Assembly (NCBI RefSeq): GCF_030442035.1
Contig: NZ_JAUJEA010000001.1
Location: 525,559 to 589,558 of the forward strand
From: Splendidivirga corallicola
GTDB lineage: Bacteria; Bacteroidota; Bacteroidia; Cytophagales; Cyclobacteriaceae
DNA length: 64,000 bases
Direction: 5' to 3'
The notes beneath the pieces were generated by a model. The model saw nothing but the letters and a program-made list of their open reading frames with translations. It searched no databases and was not told where the DNA came from. Shown here piece by piece: positions 17,968 to 28,031 of the stretch. How positions within the stretch are numbered: position 1 is the first letter of the stretch; the number at the start of each line of letters is the position of its first letter. A program made the translations under genes and the position numbers.

Positions 17968-19521
17968 CTAATAAAGCTCCCACTTCCCTTTTCTGTAATA
18001 TTGATAAAGCACGGGGTTATGGATTTTGTTGACCTCAACTTCGGTGCCGGCATCAAGGAAAACATCCTTTCCAAAAGATGTCATGAGGGTCATGGCATCA
18101 TGGTTAAGCCATTTAGTCTCTATCTCATCAAAATGCAATGATTGAAGTGCTCTTTTAAAAGCTTCCGCACTCAAAGCCTTAGAGCCTGCAATCCATCCCC
18201 ATTCTCCCAGAGTCAATACCTGATTGTGCATTGGAACCGTTGAAAAACCTGCTTCCTGCATGGAAATTTCTATGCACTTAAAGGCCCTGGATGCATAATA
18301 AGGACTAGTAGCCTGCGTGATGATCAAACCGTCCGGTCGAAGTTGTTTATAACATAGTTTATAGAACTCAAAGGAATACAACCGGCCTAATTCAACTGTT
18401 TTGGGATCAGGAAGGTCAATGATAATTACATCAAAATACTGCTTTGAACGTTCCATGAAAGAAAAAGCATCTTCATTAATTACCTGCACCAGAGAATCAT
18501 TCAAAACTCCTTCATTGAGCTCCAATAAAACAGGGTGGGTTTTACCCAGATCAGTCATTGCCGGATCCAGATCGACAAGTACAACTTCCTCCACAGACGG
18601 ATATTTTAAAATTTCCCGGACAGCACAACCATCCCCTCCTCCCAATACCAATATGTTTTTAGGATATCTATGAAGCGACATCAGCGGCAATACCAGCGGT
18701 TCATGGTACATTTCTTCATCAACAGTACTAAGTTGCTGATTGCCATTGATAAATAACCAATAATCATTTTTATTCCTCGTAAGAACGATTTTCTGGTATT
18801 TACTTTGTTCTGTATAGACTACTCTGTCAGTGTATCTTCTTTCTTCCCCAAAACTTATGAGCGGCTTTGATACAATAACACCACCCAACAGCGCTAATGT
18901 GATGGCACATGCAAAAGCCGTGAACTTACGTTTTACGTTTGTTTCGATATGCTTCCAAAGCATAAAAAACAAAAGCAGCGCCACCAAAAAATTGATGGTA
19001 CCAAGAATAAAGGGTGTATAGGTAAGTCCTAAATAAGGCAATCCAACAAAGGCAAAAAAAACACCACCCAGCAGGCTGCCATAGTAATCTTTCTCCAGTA
19101 TTGATGAGACATTTATACGCAGTTCTTCAAATGCATCATTAAGGCGAATCACCAGGGGAATTTCCATACCGATCAGCAATCCTATAATGATACTTAAGCC
19201 ATAAATAACCAATCCAGTATAAATACCGAATGCTGAGGTTGTATAGGTAAGCAAAGACACGTAAGCAGCAAGGATTGAAAGAAAAAACTCAATGGTTATG
19301 AACTTTTGCAGGAGATTTCGTTCAAAGTATTTGCTGATCCTACTACCCAGCCCCATCGAAAATAACATGATGGATACAATCATGGTCCATTGAAACACTG
19401 AATTCCCCAGAAAATAAGTGGCTAGTGTCGAAAGTATATACTCAGCCACAATTCCGGAAAGTCCGGTAGCAAACAAGGCAATTTTCAGAATGTTGGACCT
19501 GATCTTATGAGTAAGTTGCAT
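17968..19521 (-). CDS. membrane-anchored spermidine-synthase-like polyamine aminopropyltransferase (SpeE-like)
   Basis: N-terminal ~220 aa with 6-7 TM helices. C-terminal SpeE fold with ILVLGGGDGCAVREILKY…VVLVDLDPAM…IIIDLPDP, the SAM-binding and catalytic-D motifs of aminopropyltransferases. Confidence 0.8.
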   Translation of the reverse strand: MQLTHKIRSNILKIALFATGLSGIVAEYILSTLATYFLGNSVFQWTMIVSIMLFSMGLGSRISKYFERNLLQKFITIEFFLSILAAYVSLLTYTTSAFGIYTGLVIYGLSIIIGLLIGMEIPLVIRLNDAFEELRINVSSILEKDYYGSLLGGVFFAFVGLPYLGLTYTPFILGTINFLVALLLFFMLWKHIETNVKRKFTAFACAITLALLGGVIVSKPLISFGEERRYTDRVVYTEQSKYQKIVLTRNKNDYWLFINGNQQLSTVDEEMYHEPLVLPLMSLHRYPKNILVLGGGDGCAVREILKYPSVEEVVLVDLDPAMTDLGKTHPVLLELNEGVLNDSLVQVINEDAFSFMERSKQYFDVIIIDLPDPKTVELGRLYSFEFYKLCYKQLRPDGLIITQATSPYYASRAFKCIEISMQEAGFSTVPMHNQVLTLGEWGWIAGSKALSAEAFKRALQSLHFDEIETKWLNHDAMTLMTSFGKDVFLDAGTEVEVNKIHNPVLYQYYRKGKWELY

Positions 19522-19600
19522 GGTTTTGATGACTGTGTCTGCCTCGTTTACTTTTGTGAAACCTCGAATATGAGTTCAACCTCAATGATAAGAGAAAGGG

Positions 19601-19685
19601 GGAAATTACGAATTCCAAATGACGAATTACGAATGAAAATAGCTCATTATTCGCCATCGTAATTCGTAATTTAAAATTCGTAACT
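19601..19685. promoter_or_regulatory. clustered TTACGAAT-type repeats forming a 13-bp stem-loop in the DUF350 to SpeE-like intergenic region
   Basis: GAAATTACGAATTCC at 19601-19615. ACGAATTACGAATG (19621-19634) pairs with ATCGTAATTCGT (19655-19667). Further ATTCGTAA copies to 19685. Also AGAAAGCG-GCAC-GCTTTCT hairpin at 19717-19739. Confidence 0.3.
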
Positions 19686-19740
19686 GTATAAGATACTGTT
19701 TGCAATGGAACTGTAAAGACAGAAAGCGGCACGCTTTCTA

Positions 19741-20586
19741 TTAAAGGCTCCAGGTGATCAAAACCGATCCGCCGATATAAGCGAAGGCTTCAATGACCGC
19801 AGCACCAAGATTCGGATGTTCCTGATTGATAATTTCATCCGTCAGATTTCTTCCCGGAAGCAGGATCTTATCCGTTAACAGCCTGGCCAATGGCAGGAAC
19901 AATAGTCCTATGACCACGTCAAAAGAAACATTCTCAATCGTGATCAGCCAATCTTCAAAATCGTGCATCAGTGCGAAACGGATCAAATTAGCGATGGCAA
20001 TCAGGGCTCCTGCAAAACCAATACCCACCGCCACATTATCTCTTTCTATATGAATATGAATGTCATAGGGTGTGATCCAATTATAAACATAGGAGGTAAT
20101 GATCAGAATGGCTTGTCCTATTACCCAATATACAATAGCACTTAGGATCCCTCCTTCACCATAAATCGATCCCATAATGATCAGCCCGGTTGCAATGCTG
20201 ATAGCCCCTTCAACAATGCCAACACCGGCATTCCTGTCTTCAATCACCTCCTTGCGAATGCTGAATTTCCTAAGGATGATCTTATCATTGACCAACACTG
20301 AAAGGTTCAACAAAATCACCGCCATACCACCATATATTCCAATGTTGATCATGTCGTACATCAGGCCTTCCGACTCACCCAGCATCACACTTCCGATGGA
20401 AATCAAAAGCCCCACAAAGTAACCTGTATGTGAGAGTGCAAAAGCAAAATTATCTTTCTCAACCAGTTCCTCCTGCACTTTGATTTTTTTGTGCAGTAAC
20501 TGATAAATGAGTTTTCCTATGAAAAATAGAACAAAGCTGCTTGCCAGATAGACGAGCGTAGTTAACAGGCCATCTACGATCTCCAT
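19741..20586 (-). CDS. DUF350-family membrane protein (YjfL-like, duplicated domains)
   Basis: 281-aa ORF with multiple short TM hairpins. N-terminal …LTTLVYLASSFVLFFIGKLIYQLL… matches the DUF350 repeat pattern. Sits directly upstream of the SpeE-like gene, as in known DUF350-SpeE pairs. Confidence 0.55.
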   Translation of the reverse strand: MEIVDGLLTTLVYLASSFVLFFIGKLIYQLLHKKIKVQEELVEKDNFAFALSHTGYFVGLLISIGSVMLGESEGLMYDMINIGIYGGMAVILLNLSVLVNDKIILRKFSIRKEVIEDRNAGVGIVEGAISIATGLIIMGSIYGEGGILSAIVYWVIGQAILIITSYVYNWITPYDIHIHIERDNVAVGIGFAGALIAIANLIRFALMHDFEDWLITIENVSFDVVIGLLFLPLARLLTDKILLPGRNLTDEIINQEHPNLGAAVIEAFAYIGGSVLITWSL

Positions 20587-20649
20587 ATTAGTAATAATGA
20601 TTTAAACGATTTCAATTTAACAATTAAATAAAAGCAAAAAAATTCAAGA

Positions 20650-21414
20650 TTATTTACCAAATCCACCACCACGTGACCGCGATCGTGAGCCGCTCGAATA
20701 ACGAGATCTGGATCTTGAGTTTGAACTGGTACTTCTTTGGGTCCTGCTTCTAACCCGATCTCGAAAGCTTCTATTTGATGCTTTGTTATACCAGGTGCTA
20801 GTGGGTTTTGATTTTCTGTTGTAATCACTATAGGTACCATAGTATGTTCCTCCCGTTCCAGTGGCGGGTCCATAGTAAGGCCTCCTTCCATAATATCCTC
20901 CACGCCAGTCATCATAATACGATCTTCTTACAGGATAAGCGAACATGTTGAACATAGAGCTCATAAAGGCATATTGTCCATAAAATTCCCAAAAGCTGGT
21001 ACCATTTCTTTGCGTCCAACGACCATACTTTTCATTACCTACATAATTCGAGTAACCTGGCGGAGCAGCAGTTTTAGAAACCTTCCCATCTGAAGTTTTT
21101 GCTGCGATCTCCATTCCCATATTGTTTTCATTTCTAAAAAAATAATCTTCATCCACTTCGTACCAGTCGGTAATCTCTTCAGAAGGAGTCCCATTGTTAT
21201 CTTTGATGACCTTGTACTGATGTTTGTAAGTTTTAAAGAAAGAGCCATCCGCATCCATATCATAAAGAATTATTGAAAAAAGTGGCTCATCGGACATATC
21301 CCGGATCAAATTATCTACCGGATTTTTTACAAATTCCCGTCCCCCTCCACAGGAGGCTAATATCAACAAAAAAAATGTGGAGATCAGGACCTTGTTAGTT
21401 TTCATAATAATCAA
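20650..21414 (-). CDS. lipoprotein with Arg/Ser-rich C-terminal tail
   Basis: Lipobox (FFLLILASCGGG). Tyr/Gly-rich middle (…YYDDWRGGYYGRRPYYGPATGTGGTYYGTYSDY…). The C-terminal 50 aa is RS-repeat-like (…RSTSSNSRSRSRYSSGSRSRSRGGGFGK). Confidence 0.45.
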   Translation of the reverse strand: MIIMKTNKVLISTFFLLILASCGGGREFVKNPVDNLIRDMSDEPLFSIILYDMDADGSFFKTYKHQYKVIKDNNGTPSEEITDWYEVDEDYFFRNENNMGMEIAAKTSDGKVSKTAAPPGYSNYVGNEKYGRWTQRNGTSFWEFYGQYAFMSSMFNMFAYPVRRSYYDDWRGGYYGRRPYYGPATGTGGTYYGTYSDYNRKSKPTSTWYNKASNRSFRDRVRSRTQRSTSSNSRSRSRYSSGSRSRSRGGGFGK

Positions 21415-21539
21415 ATTTCATTGGTTTTATCAAAGTGCAAAGCACTTAGTTCCTGCGGTTTTAGGCCGCTCAAATACCGTTTTTCTAAAGATAAGGCTTT
21501 GAAAAATATCCTAAAACCTAAATTATATAAACGGAAAAA

Positions 21540-22094
21540 TTATGAGCCCGGAAGTATGTTTGAAAATTCATAAGCCTCAACACTTTTTCCAATGGAAGCT
21601 TCAAATTCACGCTCACCCCACTGCTCTACATTTAGAATTAATTTCTCACTTTTGTCATAATATTCCCATGAGATCAATTCCGACCAGGCATCATCACCAT
21701 CTCCATCAGCCACATCTCTAAAATAACCCGCACTTTCCTCATCCAAAAGGTATTTGACATCCTCATAAACTATCTTCTTGGGAGGTCTTTCATTGTTGAT
21801 GATCTCTTCGGGCAGGTCTTCATTGATGGCCCTTATTTTTACTTTTCTGCTGACAGACAGTTCCAGTTCTTCGTTATCATCGACATACAAGTAAATGAGC
21901 TCTTTGCCATTATCAAGTTGAAACTCTCTCGTAAAATAATGATTTCCCCAATCGTATTCGTACTCTTCTTTGACGATCCATGAGTCCATTTCATAATCAA
22001 CCAGAAAACCTTTTTTAAGATCTGTGATCTTCAAATTGGTAGGATCATATTCCGGTTCCGATTCTTTCTTTTTGAATAGATCAAATAATCCCAT
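21540..22094 (-). CDS. DUF4178-family protein
   Basis: 184-aa acidic protein. …LKKGFLVDYEMDSWIVKEEYEYDWGNHYFTREFQL… fits DUF4178, which is recurrently linked to DUF350/SpeE-like genes. Assignment from memory. Confidence 0.5.
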   Translation of the reverse strand: MGLFDLFKKKESEPEYDPTNLKITDLKKGFLVDYEMDSWIVKEEYEYDWGNHYFTREFQLDNGKELIYLYVDDNEELELSVSRKVKIRAINEDLPEEIINNERPPKKIVYEDVKYLLDEESAGYFRDVADGDGDDAWSELISWEYYDKSEKLILNVEQWGEREFEASIGKSVEAYEFSNILPGS

Positions 22095-22229
22095 CTTATT
22101 TTTATTAATGAGTTTTTAGAAATTACCTAAGCTTATTTTTATTACCACCAAGATATAAATAATACCGCACCTCCCCTATTTTGCTACTTATATTTAATAA
22201 GGAAGAAATGATAGTTATTAACACCTTGT

Positions 22230-25200
22230 TTAGTCATTCTTTTTGTTCTTTTGTATAGCATCTTTTATTCCTGATAATCCACTTGTAATCGACTCCATTT
22301 GCTCCAATACCTGCCCCATTTGATTACCAACACCAAAACCTTTTAACCTTTGTTTTCTTTGGAAAGCACTTTTAATTTCCTCCCATCGCTTCTTCTCATC
22401 TTTAGAGATTGCTTTACGCATTTCCTTGAACTTTAACAAATTGGCTTCCGCTCCCGTTGTCAAAGTTTGTGCCTCATTTTCATAATGCGACATGATTAAA
22501 GTGTTCAGCTCATCATCGTTCATCACAGGCACAATCTTTTCGGAAATTTTATTCATATCTCTGTAGGAGCCTTGTAGTTTGAATTGAGGCTCAGTTCTGT
22601 ATTCATCAGCCTGTCCGGCGGAATAGATATATTCCTTGTTAACCATCAAAATGATATCACGGGCAAATAGCAATTTTTTAATTATGCTGATATACTCATT
22701 GATTTCTTCAGCGGCATGATTTGTTTCGAATTCGATTCCTTCTCTATCACCGGTTTCTGCCACATTTATTAAAGTATAAACATCTTTTCTACTCTTACTT
22801 TGCAGTTTATTTAAAATCGGATTAGAGGTAAGACTGTTTTCTAAATAGCTGAGTTTAAATACATCATCAGAGTCCCCAATGATGTCTCCAAGATTATAGA
22901 TATCAGCCCTGTTGGCCAACATATCAGGTATTCTAAACTTCTCACCACTCTCAGTATAAGGGTTACCGGCCATCACCACACAAACCTTTTTACCTCTAAA
23001 ATCATAGGTTTTACTTCTCCCCTTATAAACACCTTCTATCTTTCTTTGTGCATCACATAATGAAATGAATTTCTGTAAGAACTCCGGATTGCAATGCTGA
23101 ATGTCATCCAGGTAGATCATCACATTGTCGCCCATCTCAAAGGCTAAATTCAATTTTTCCAGCTCTTCTCTTGCTCCGGCATTTGGTGCTTCCTCCGGAT
23201 CCACGGCAGTAACTTCATGTCCGATGGCCGGACCGTTTATCTTCATGAAAATCAGGCCTAATCGGTTGGCTAGATATTCCATTAGTGTGGTCTTTCCATA
23301 ACCTGGCGGAGAGATCAATAATAACATTCCCATTAAATCCGTCCGCTTACCTTCGCCTGCTGCTCCGATTTGTTTGGCTAAGTTGGCTCCGATCAATGGC
23401 AGATACACCTGATCAATTAATCTGTTTCTGACAAAAGATGAAAGCACCCGAGGTCTGAACTCATTGAGTCTTAGTTCACTTTCAAACTCATGAATAAGTT
23501 GTTTTTTCAGATCGGTATATTTATCATAGAGAGGAACTATGTGGCTTTCGTAGTGATCAAGTTTCTTAATAAAGGTGTTATAATTGAAATGATAAACTTG
23601 CTCCTCAATGGTGGCATGTGATCCTTGAAGGCCTGTCAGATCTTCATGCAAAGCAACATGAATAATATTCTGTTTCTTAAAATCCTTTGTTAATAATAAA
23701 CATGCGGTTTCATCAATGTAATCAATCCATTCAATTTTGTCCTCCTGTGTAACATAGGCCTTTAACCAATGCTGGATAAGATTGAACTGCAGAAGTGGCT
23801 TATCATTAAGAGAATTAATGGATTTGTCATATTCATTTTTGACTCTTTTCTTTTTTAAGTAAGCGCCGAAGGCCTCATAAAGTGCCGCTGATTCCATATC
23901 AATTACAAAATTGTCCCCTCGGCTCAACTCATAGAATAAATATTCTGACGCCTGCTGACTAATGGCAGGCTCAAACAATTGTGTTTGCTCTAAGAAAAGG
24001 TCGAGCGCTCTTTTGAGCCTCATTTTAATGTTATCAAATTCCCTGGTCTCAGGAAACACCTGGAGTATTGTACCAACACCTTTTAACTGATTTTGCAAGT
24101 CTTGTTTTTCTTCAATCGAAGCAAAGGTCTTCCAATAGAGTGTTGCACATGCTCTTGCCTCTGAAGAATACCTTAAAAGGTCAGCTGTACTGATTATTTT
24201 GATAAGTGCCTGCAAAATAATGCTGGCATCATGATCATGAATTCCTTTTACATAGCCCTCATTATATCGAACAGCCATAAAGCTTCTCACATAATCGATT
24301 AATTCTTTATTGCTTAATTTGAATAAAGCCTCAACTCCCGGTACACTTTGTTCTTGCTCTTTCCTACTTTTATGTATGGAAGCCTGCAATACCTTAAAGG
24401 CTAAATACTCTCCTCTGTAGACTGCGTTATTCTCTGAAATGATATGCTGATCCCAAACTTCTCTGCAGGAATTAAACGTTTCATGGATAATTTCCTCAAA
24501 AAAATTGGTTCCCGTAAGATGATATTGCATCGACCCATCCCTATAAATAATAGTAAGGTCAAGGGGTTGTGTGTTAACTGAGAACTGATATTTACCAAAT
24601 TGAATCAAATTCTCACCATCCACGAAAAGCTCCGTTTTATCCTTTAACTGCCGGATGGCATCCTCTTTAACTGTCTTCAAACGACTCTGAATGTCATCTG
24701 ACTTCACAGTATCACCAATATCAATAAGCTCCTGAACGATATCTCTTATCTTTTCTATCATGAGGTCAGAAGCGAAATAGCCATTTATTTCTTTTGGATC
24801 ATCAAATCTGGCGACCCTGCTTTTGGCAGCATTTAATATTCTATCGGCAGCTTGTAATAAGTTATTAGCTCTTCTGTTTCTATTCTCAATGAGATTTACC
24901 TTTTTGGACTCAAAGGCATTGTATATCTCTTCCCTTTTAATGGTGATTTTTTCAATGAACTCATCGAATTCCGAGAATTTACCTTCCAGTTCCTCCAGTT
25001 GCACCATTAACTTAGTGAGGTATTCATCACATTTTTCCGGGGTATCACAAATATCCAGATAGTTGATTACACCCTGATCAATCAATTTGACTTGAGCGTT
25101 GAACTCAGCTTTTCCTTCAACGCTTAGTAATTCCTTTCTTCTCCTTTTTAGTGATGCCCTTATTTGATTAAAACCGGAGTAGATAGCCGAAATATTATCT

Positions 25201-27170
25201 ATGATCTTAGTCGTGTGGGTAGCATCCTCAATATTAAGGTTGGTAACTATTTCAATGAGCATTTCCAGTTCTTGTGAAACAATATCAATTTCATTCTCCA
25301 GCTCATTGGCATCAAATACTTTTTTAACTTTCGTTACAGCAGATTCAATTTTCTCCACCCGTGTTTGATATGGTTTCAGCGCCTGCTCCTTCAAAAGGAA
25401 GCTTACACAAGCTGATGAAACTTTATCAGTTATTTCATAAATACCCTTTTCCAAAAGTTCCACCTTTTGAACCTCTACGTAACGGAGTTCTTTAAGACCG
25501 ATCAATTCTCCTTTTATTGTTCGAAGCGCAGCCAGATATTGAACAAAGTCATCGATATTGGCGGCCTTTTTCCTTTTAATGTCTGTAACCAACTTCTCAG
25601 ATGCCTGCGTTACTCTGAGGACTTCTCGTTCGGTATTCTTTTTAATGCTGCTTACCTTCTCATACTCCGAAACAGCTGATGAAGCTGTTTCCTTGATAGC
25701 AAACAGTGGTTCACTTAGTTCATAGGATTCCTGTTTTCCCAGCCAATGATAACTATCAACAATATCTGTCGTGCGCTTGATAAGCTCACCATACAAGTCA
25801 GTATAGCTATCCTCTTTTTGCAAGAGTGTTAGTATTTCATGGCATTCTGCCATGGCCCTAACCACTTCCTTATTACCTATCTTGTATAAATAGGAATCAT
25901 TATTAGCGTTAATTTGAAAATCCGGCCCTACATAAGGCGTTTGCCAAATTTGAATAGCATGATGCTTTTTTGCCTCTTCATCAGCCCTGAAATTGATTTG
26001 CTCGCCATTTTCAAATAAGGAATAACCATGGCAAACCAATGGATTCTCCACGGCCTGTTCAATAAGATTATAAGGAAGCAAAAGGTATATCCCGGATTCT
26101 TTATTGTAAAAAACATAAAGAAAATCTTCTCCATTTGGAGAGGCGATTCTCTTTTCAAAGAGCATATGGTCTAACTGATTATCAAATTGCTTAACCTCTC
26201 CGGTCTGCAGATAATAACCATTGGAAAAGATGACGCCATGATCGTCCGGCAACAACACACAGGCATCTTTTAAGGCATCTATTCTTCTAGCTTCTTGCAG
26301 CTTGGCATTGTACACAATATATCGGTAGTCTTTCTCCTGGTAAGGCCTGATTTTTAAAACAATAATGTTACCAACGATTGCATAGTAAATCTCGGCATCT
26401 TCCAATCTCTGTTCCCGGTGTTCAACTTTCTCTGTATAAATGCCGCTTCCTTCATCCGTATTATCTTCAATCTTGATGGTTAAAGATCCTCCAATAGTTT
26501 CTACGAAAACCTTGTCTTCAATACTGATATGAGGAAATTTACCTTCTCTATGTAGATCCCGGTTAGTCCTTTTCCACTCGAATTCATGCTGCTGGGGGAA
26601 TACATATTCATGATCGCTTCGATTGTCGACATACTCAAGTTTGTCCCCTTTTACTAACCATTTAAATGTTTTGATATCCTCAGCATCTTTTCCAACTCTG
26701 AAAACCATATGAATATGAGGTCCGATCTCGGCAAACTTTATAAACCTTGTATTTTTATAATATTTATAAAGCTTTGAAAAATCATCCTTGAATACCTTGT
26801 CCTCAATTAATGTCAAGGGCATGGTATGAAAGCTATGATCACTATACCGATAAACACTAAAAACATCTGATAAGGCTGTCTCTGTCTTTAGGCCTAGGTG
26901 AACATTGTATCCAAAAATGAAAAATGACCCTATTGCTACCATGTCTGTGGGAACACAGTTGTTTTCCGTATTCACCCTTTCAGTGGATTTCAGCACAGTA
27001 TCAATAGAGCCAAATACTTCTTTCCGTACATTATTAAGCTGGTTCAACCGTTTTCTAAGCTCCTGTCCACTTTGGAGTATACGGTTGCGCAATATTTCAT
27101 ACGTTCCTTCTTCCAATTGTACAGATTGAACCTGATCAGAATTGTTTTCTATATTTTGATTTTCAGACAT
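22230..27170 (-). CDS. 1646-aa coiled-coil protein with C-terminal AAA+ ATPase domain (AAA_5 / dynein-MoxR-like subtype); function unknown
   Basis: Single uninterrupted ORF. Walker A ISPPGYGKTT encoded at about 23289-23315 (minus strand). Walker B and downstream helix MIYLDDIQHCNPEFLQKFISLCD fit the AAA_5 hhhhDEin..p.vl..L..ll pattern. Arg-finger candidates in …GNPYTESGEKFRIPDMLANRADIY…. The preceding ~1280 aa are E/K/L-rich heptad-type coiled coil plus unassigned globular segments. No TM helices. Confidence 0.75.
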   Translation of the reverse strand: MSENQNIENNSDQVQSVQLEEGTYEILRNRILQSGQELRKRLNQLNNVRKEVFGSIDTVLKSTERVNTENNCVPTDMVAIGSFFIFGYNVHLGLKTETALSDVFSVYRYSDHSFHTMPLTLIEDKVFKDDFSKLYKYYKNTRFIKFAEIGPHIHMVFRVGKDAEDIKTFKWLVKGDKLEYVDNRSDHEYVFPQQHEFEWKRTNRDLHREGKFPHISIEDKVFVETIGGSLTIKIEDNTDEGSGIYTEKVEHREQRLEDAEIYYAIVGNIIVLKIRPYQEKDYRYIVYNAKLQEARRIDALKDACVLLPDDHGVIFSNGYYLQTGEVKQFDNQLDHMLFEKRIASPNGEDFLYVFYNKESGIYLLLPYNLIEQAVENPLVCHGYSLFENGEQINFRADEEAKKHHAIQIWQTPYVGPDFQINANNDSYLYKIGNKEVVRAMAECHEILTLLQKEDSYTDLYGELIKRTTDIVDSYHWLGKQESYELSEPLFAIKETASSAVSEYEKVSSIKKNTEREVLRVTQASEKLVTDIKRKKAANIDDFVQYLAALRTIKGELIGLKELRYVEVQKVELLEKGIYEITDKVSSACVSFLLKEQALKPYQTRVEKIESAVTKVKKVFDANELENEIDIVSQELEMLIEIVTNLNIEDATHTTKIIDNISAIYSGFNQIRASLKRRRKELLSVEGKAEFNAQVKLIDQGVINYLDICDTPEKCDEYLTKLMVQLEELEGKFSEFDEFIEKITIKREEIYNAFESKKVNLIENRNRRANNLLQAADRILNAAKSRVARFDDPKEINGYFASDLMIEKIRDIVQELIDIGDTVKSDDIQSRLKTVKEDAIRQLKDKTELFVDGENLIQFGKYQFSVNTQPLDLTIIYRDGSMQYHLTGTNFFEEIIHETFNSCREVWDQHIISENNAVYRGEYLAFKVLQASIHKSRKEQEQSVPGVEALFKLSNKELIDYVRSFMAVRYNEGYVKGIHDHDASIILQALIKIISTADLLRYSSEARACATLYWKTFASIEEKQDLQNQLKGVGTILQVFPETREFDNIKMRLKRALDLFLEQTQLFEPAISQQASEYLFYELSRGDNFVIDMESAALYEAFGAYLKKKRVKNEYDKSINSLNDKPLLQFNLIQHWLKAYVTQEDKIEWIDYIDETACLLLTKDFKKQNIIHVALHEDLTGLQGSHATIEEQVYHFNYNTFIKKLDHYESHIVPLYDKYTDLKKQLIHEFESELRLNEFRPRVLSSFVRNRLIDQVYLPLIGANLAKQIGAAGEGKRTDLMGMLLLISPPGYGKTTLMEYLANRLGLIFMKINGPAIGHEVTAVDPEEAPNAGAREELEKLNLAFEMGDNVMIYLDDIQHCNPEFLQKFISLCDAQRKIEGVYKGRSKTYDFRGKKVCVVMAGNPYTESGEKFRIPDMLANRADIYNLGDIIGDSDDVFKLSYLENSLTSNPILNKLQSKSRKDVYTLINVAETGDREGIEFETNHAAEEINEYISIIKKLLFARDIILMVNKEYIYSAGQADEYRTEPQFKLQGSYRDMNKISEKIVPVMNDDELNTLIMSHYENEAQTLTTGAEANLLKFKEMRKAISKDEKKRWEEIKSAFQRKQRLKGFGVGNQMGQVLEQMESITSGLSGIKDAIQKNKKND

Positions 27171-27281
27171 TTAGTGTTTTAAATTTCTGCTTTCAGTTCT
27201 TAGCTTTAATTAATTACAAATTTCAAATTACCAAATAGCGACTTACAGTTGATAACACTAACGGTTAACAGCTTAGATAAA

Positions 27282-27983
27282 TTAAACCGTAAAGTATTCT
27301 TCCAACTCTTTCAAAGTATTCTCACTGGTTTTAATATCATGGATGATATTTCCTTTCTCTAACACCACGATTCTTTCACATACTTCCGTTACATGGTTTA
27401 AGTCGTGACTGGATATCAGCATGGTTACCTGTTTTTCATGTTTCAATTCCAACAATCTCTTTTTCAACCTTATTTGGGTAGTAGGATCAAGGTTGGCAAA
27501 TGGCTCGTCTAAAACTATTATTTCAGGATCAATCATCAAAGCTGCCGCAATACCTACCTTTTTTTGATTTCCCTTGGAAAGATCCCGAATGTATTTCTTC
27601 ACTCCTCTGATCTCACCATTGAACACTTCCTCAAAAGAATTTAGAAAACTTTCCACATCTCCTTTTGAAAGCCCATGAATATTTGCAATAAAGTTGAAAT
27701 ATTCATCAGGTGTCAGGAAATCAATCAAAAACCCCTCATCCAGGTAAGATCCGGTATATTTCTTCCACTCTTCGTTTTCACTTACGACTACATCATTGGA
27801 TTTAACCATTCCGTTATTTGGTCTAATGAGATCCAGGATCATTCTGAAAAGTGTTGTTTTTCCAGCGCCATTGTTACCAACAAGACCGAAACTTTCCCCT
27901 TTTGAAATGTTCAATTCGGGAACGTTAACAACTTCTATTTCTTTATAGGATTTTTTAAGATCGTTTATTTCTATTATGTTCAT
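27282..27983 (-). CDS. ABC transporter ATP-binding protein
   Basis: Walker A GNNGAGKTT, ABC signature LSKGNQKKVGIAAAL, Walker B IIVLDEP, H-loop SSHDL. Confidence 0.85.
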   Translation of the reverse strand: MNIIEINDLKKSYKEIEVVNVPELNISKGESFGLVGNNGAGKTTLFRMILDLIRPNNGMVKSNDVVVSENEEWKKYTGSYLDEGFLIDFLTPDEYFNFIANIHGLSKGDVESFLNSFEEVFNGEIRGVKKYIRDLSKGNQKKVGIAAALMIDPEIIVLDEPFANLDPTTQIRLKKRLLELKHEKQVTMLISSHDLNHVTEVCERIVVLEKGNIIHDIKTSENTLKELEEYFTV

Positions 27984-28031
27984 CTCTTCGATTTTATTTA
28001 TTTGTGAATTGTGTAATGGTTTGACTTGAGA

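Noticed and set aside
20574-20915. 113-aa minus-strand ORF bridging the DUF350 gene start and the lipoprotein gene end
   Set aside because: Overlaps two better-supported genes in a different frame. Translation is proline-rich and non-protein-like.
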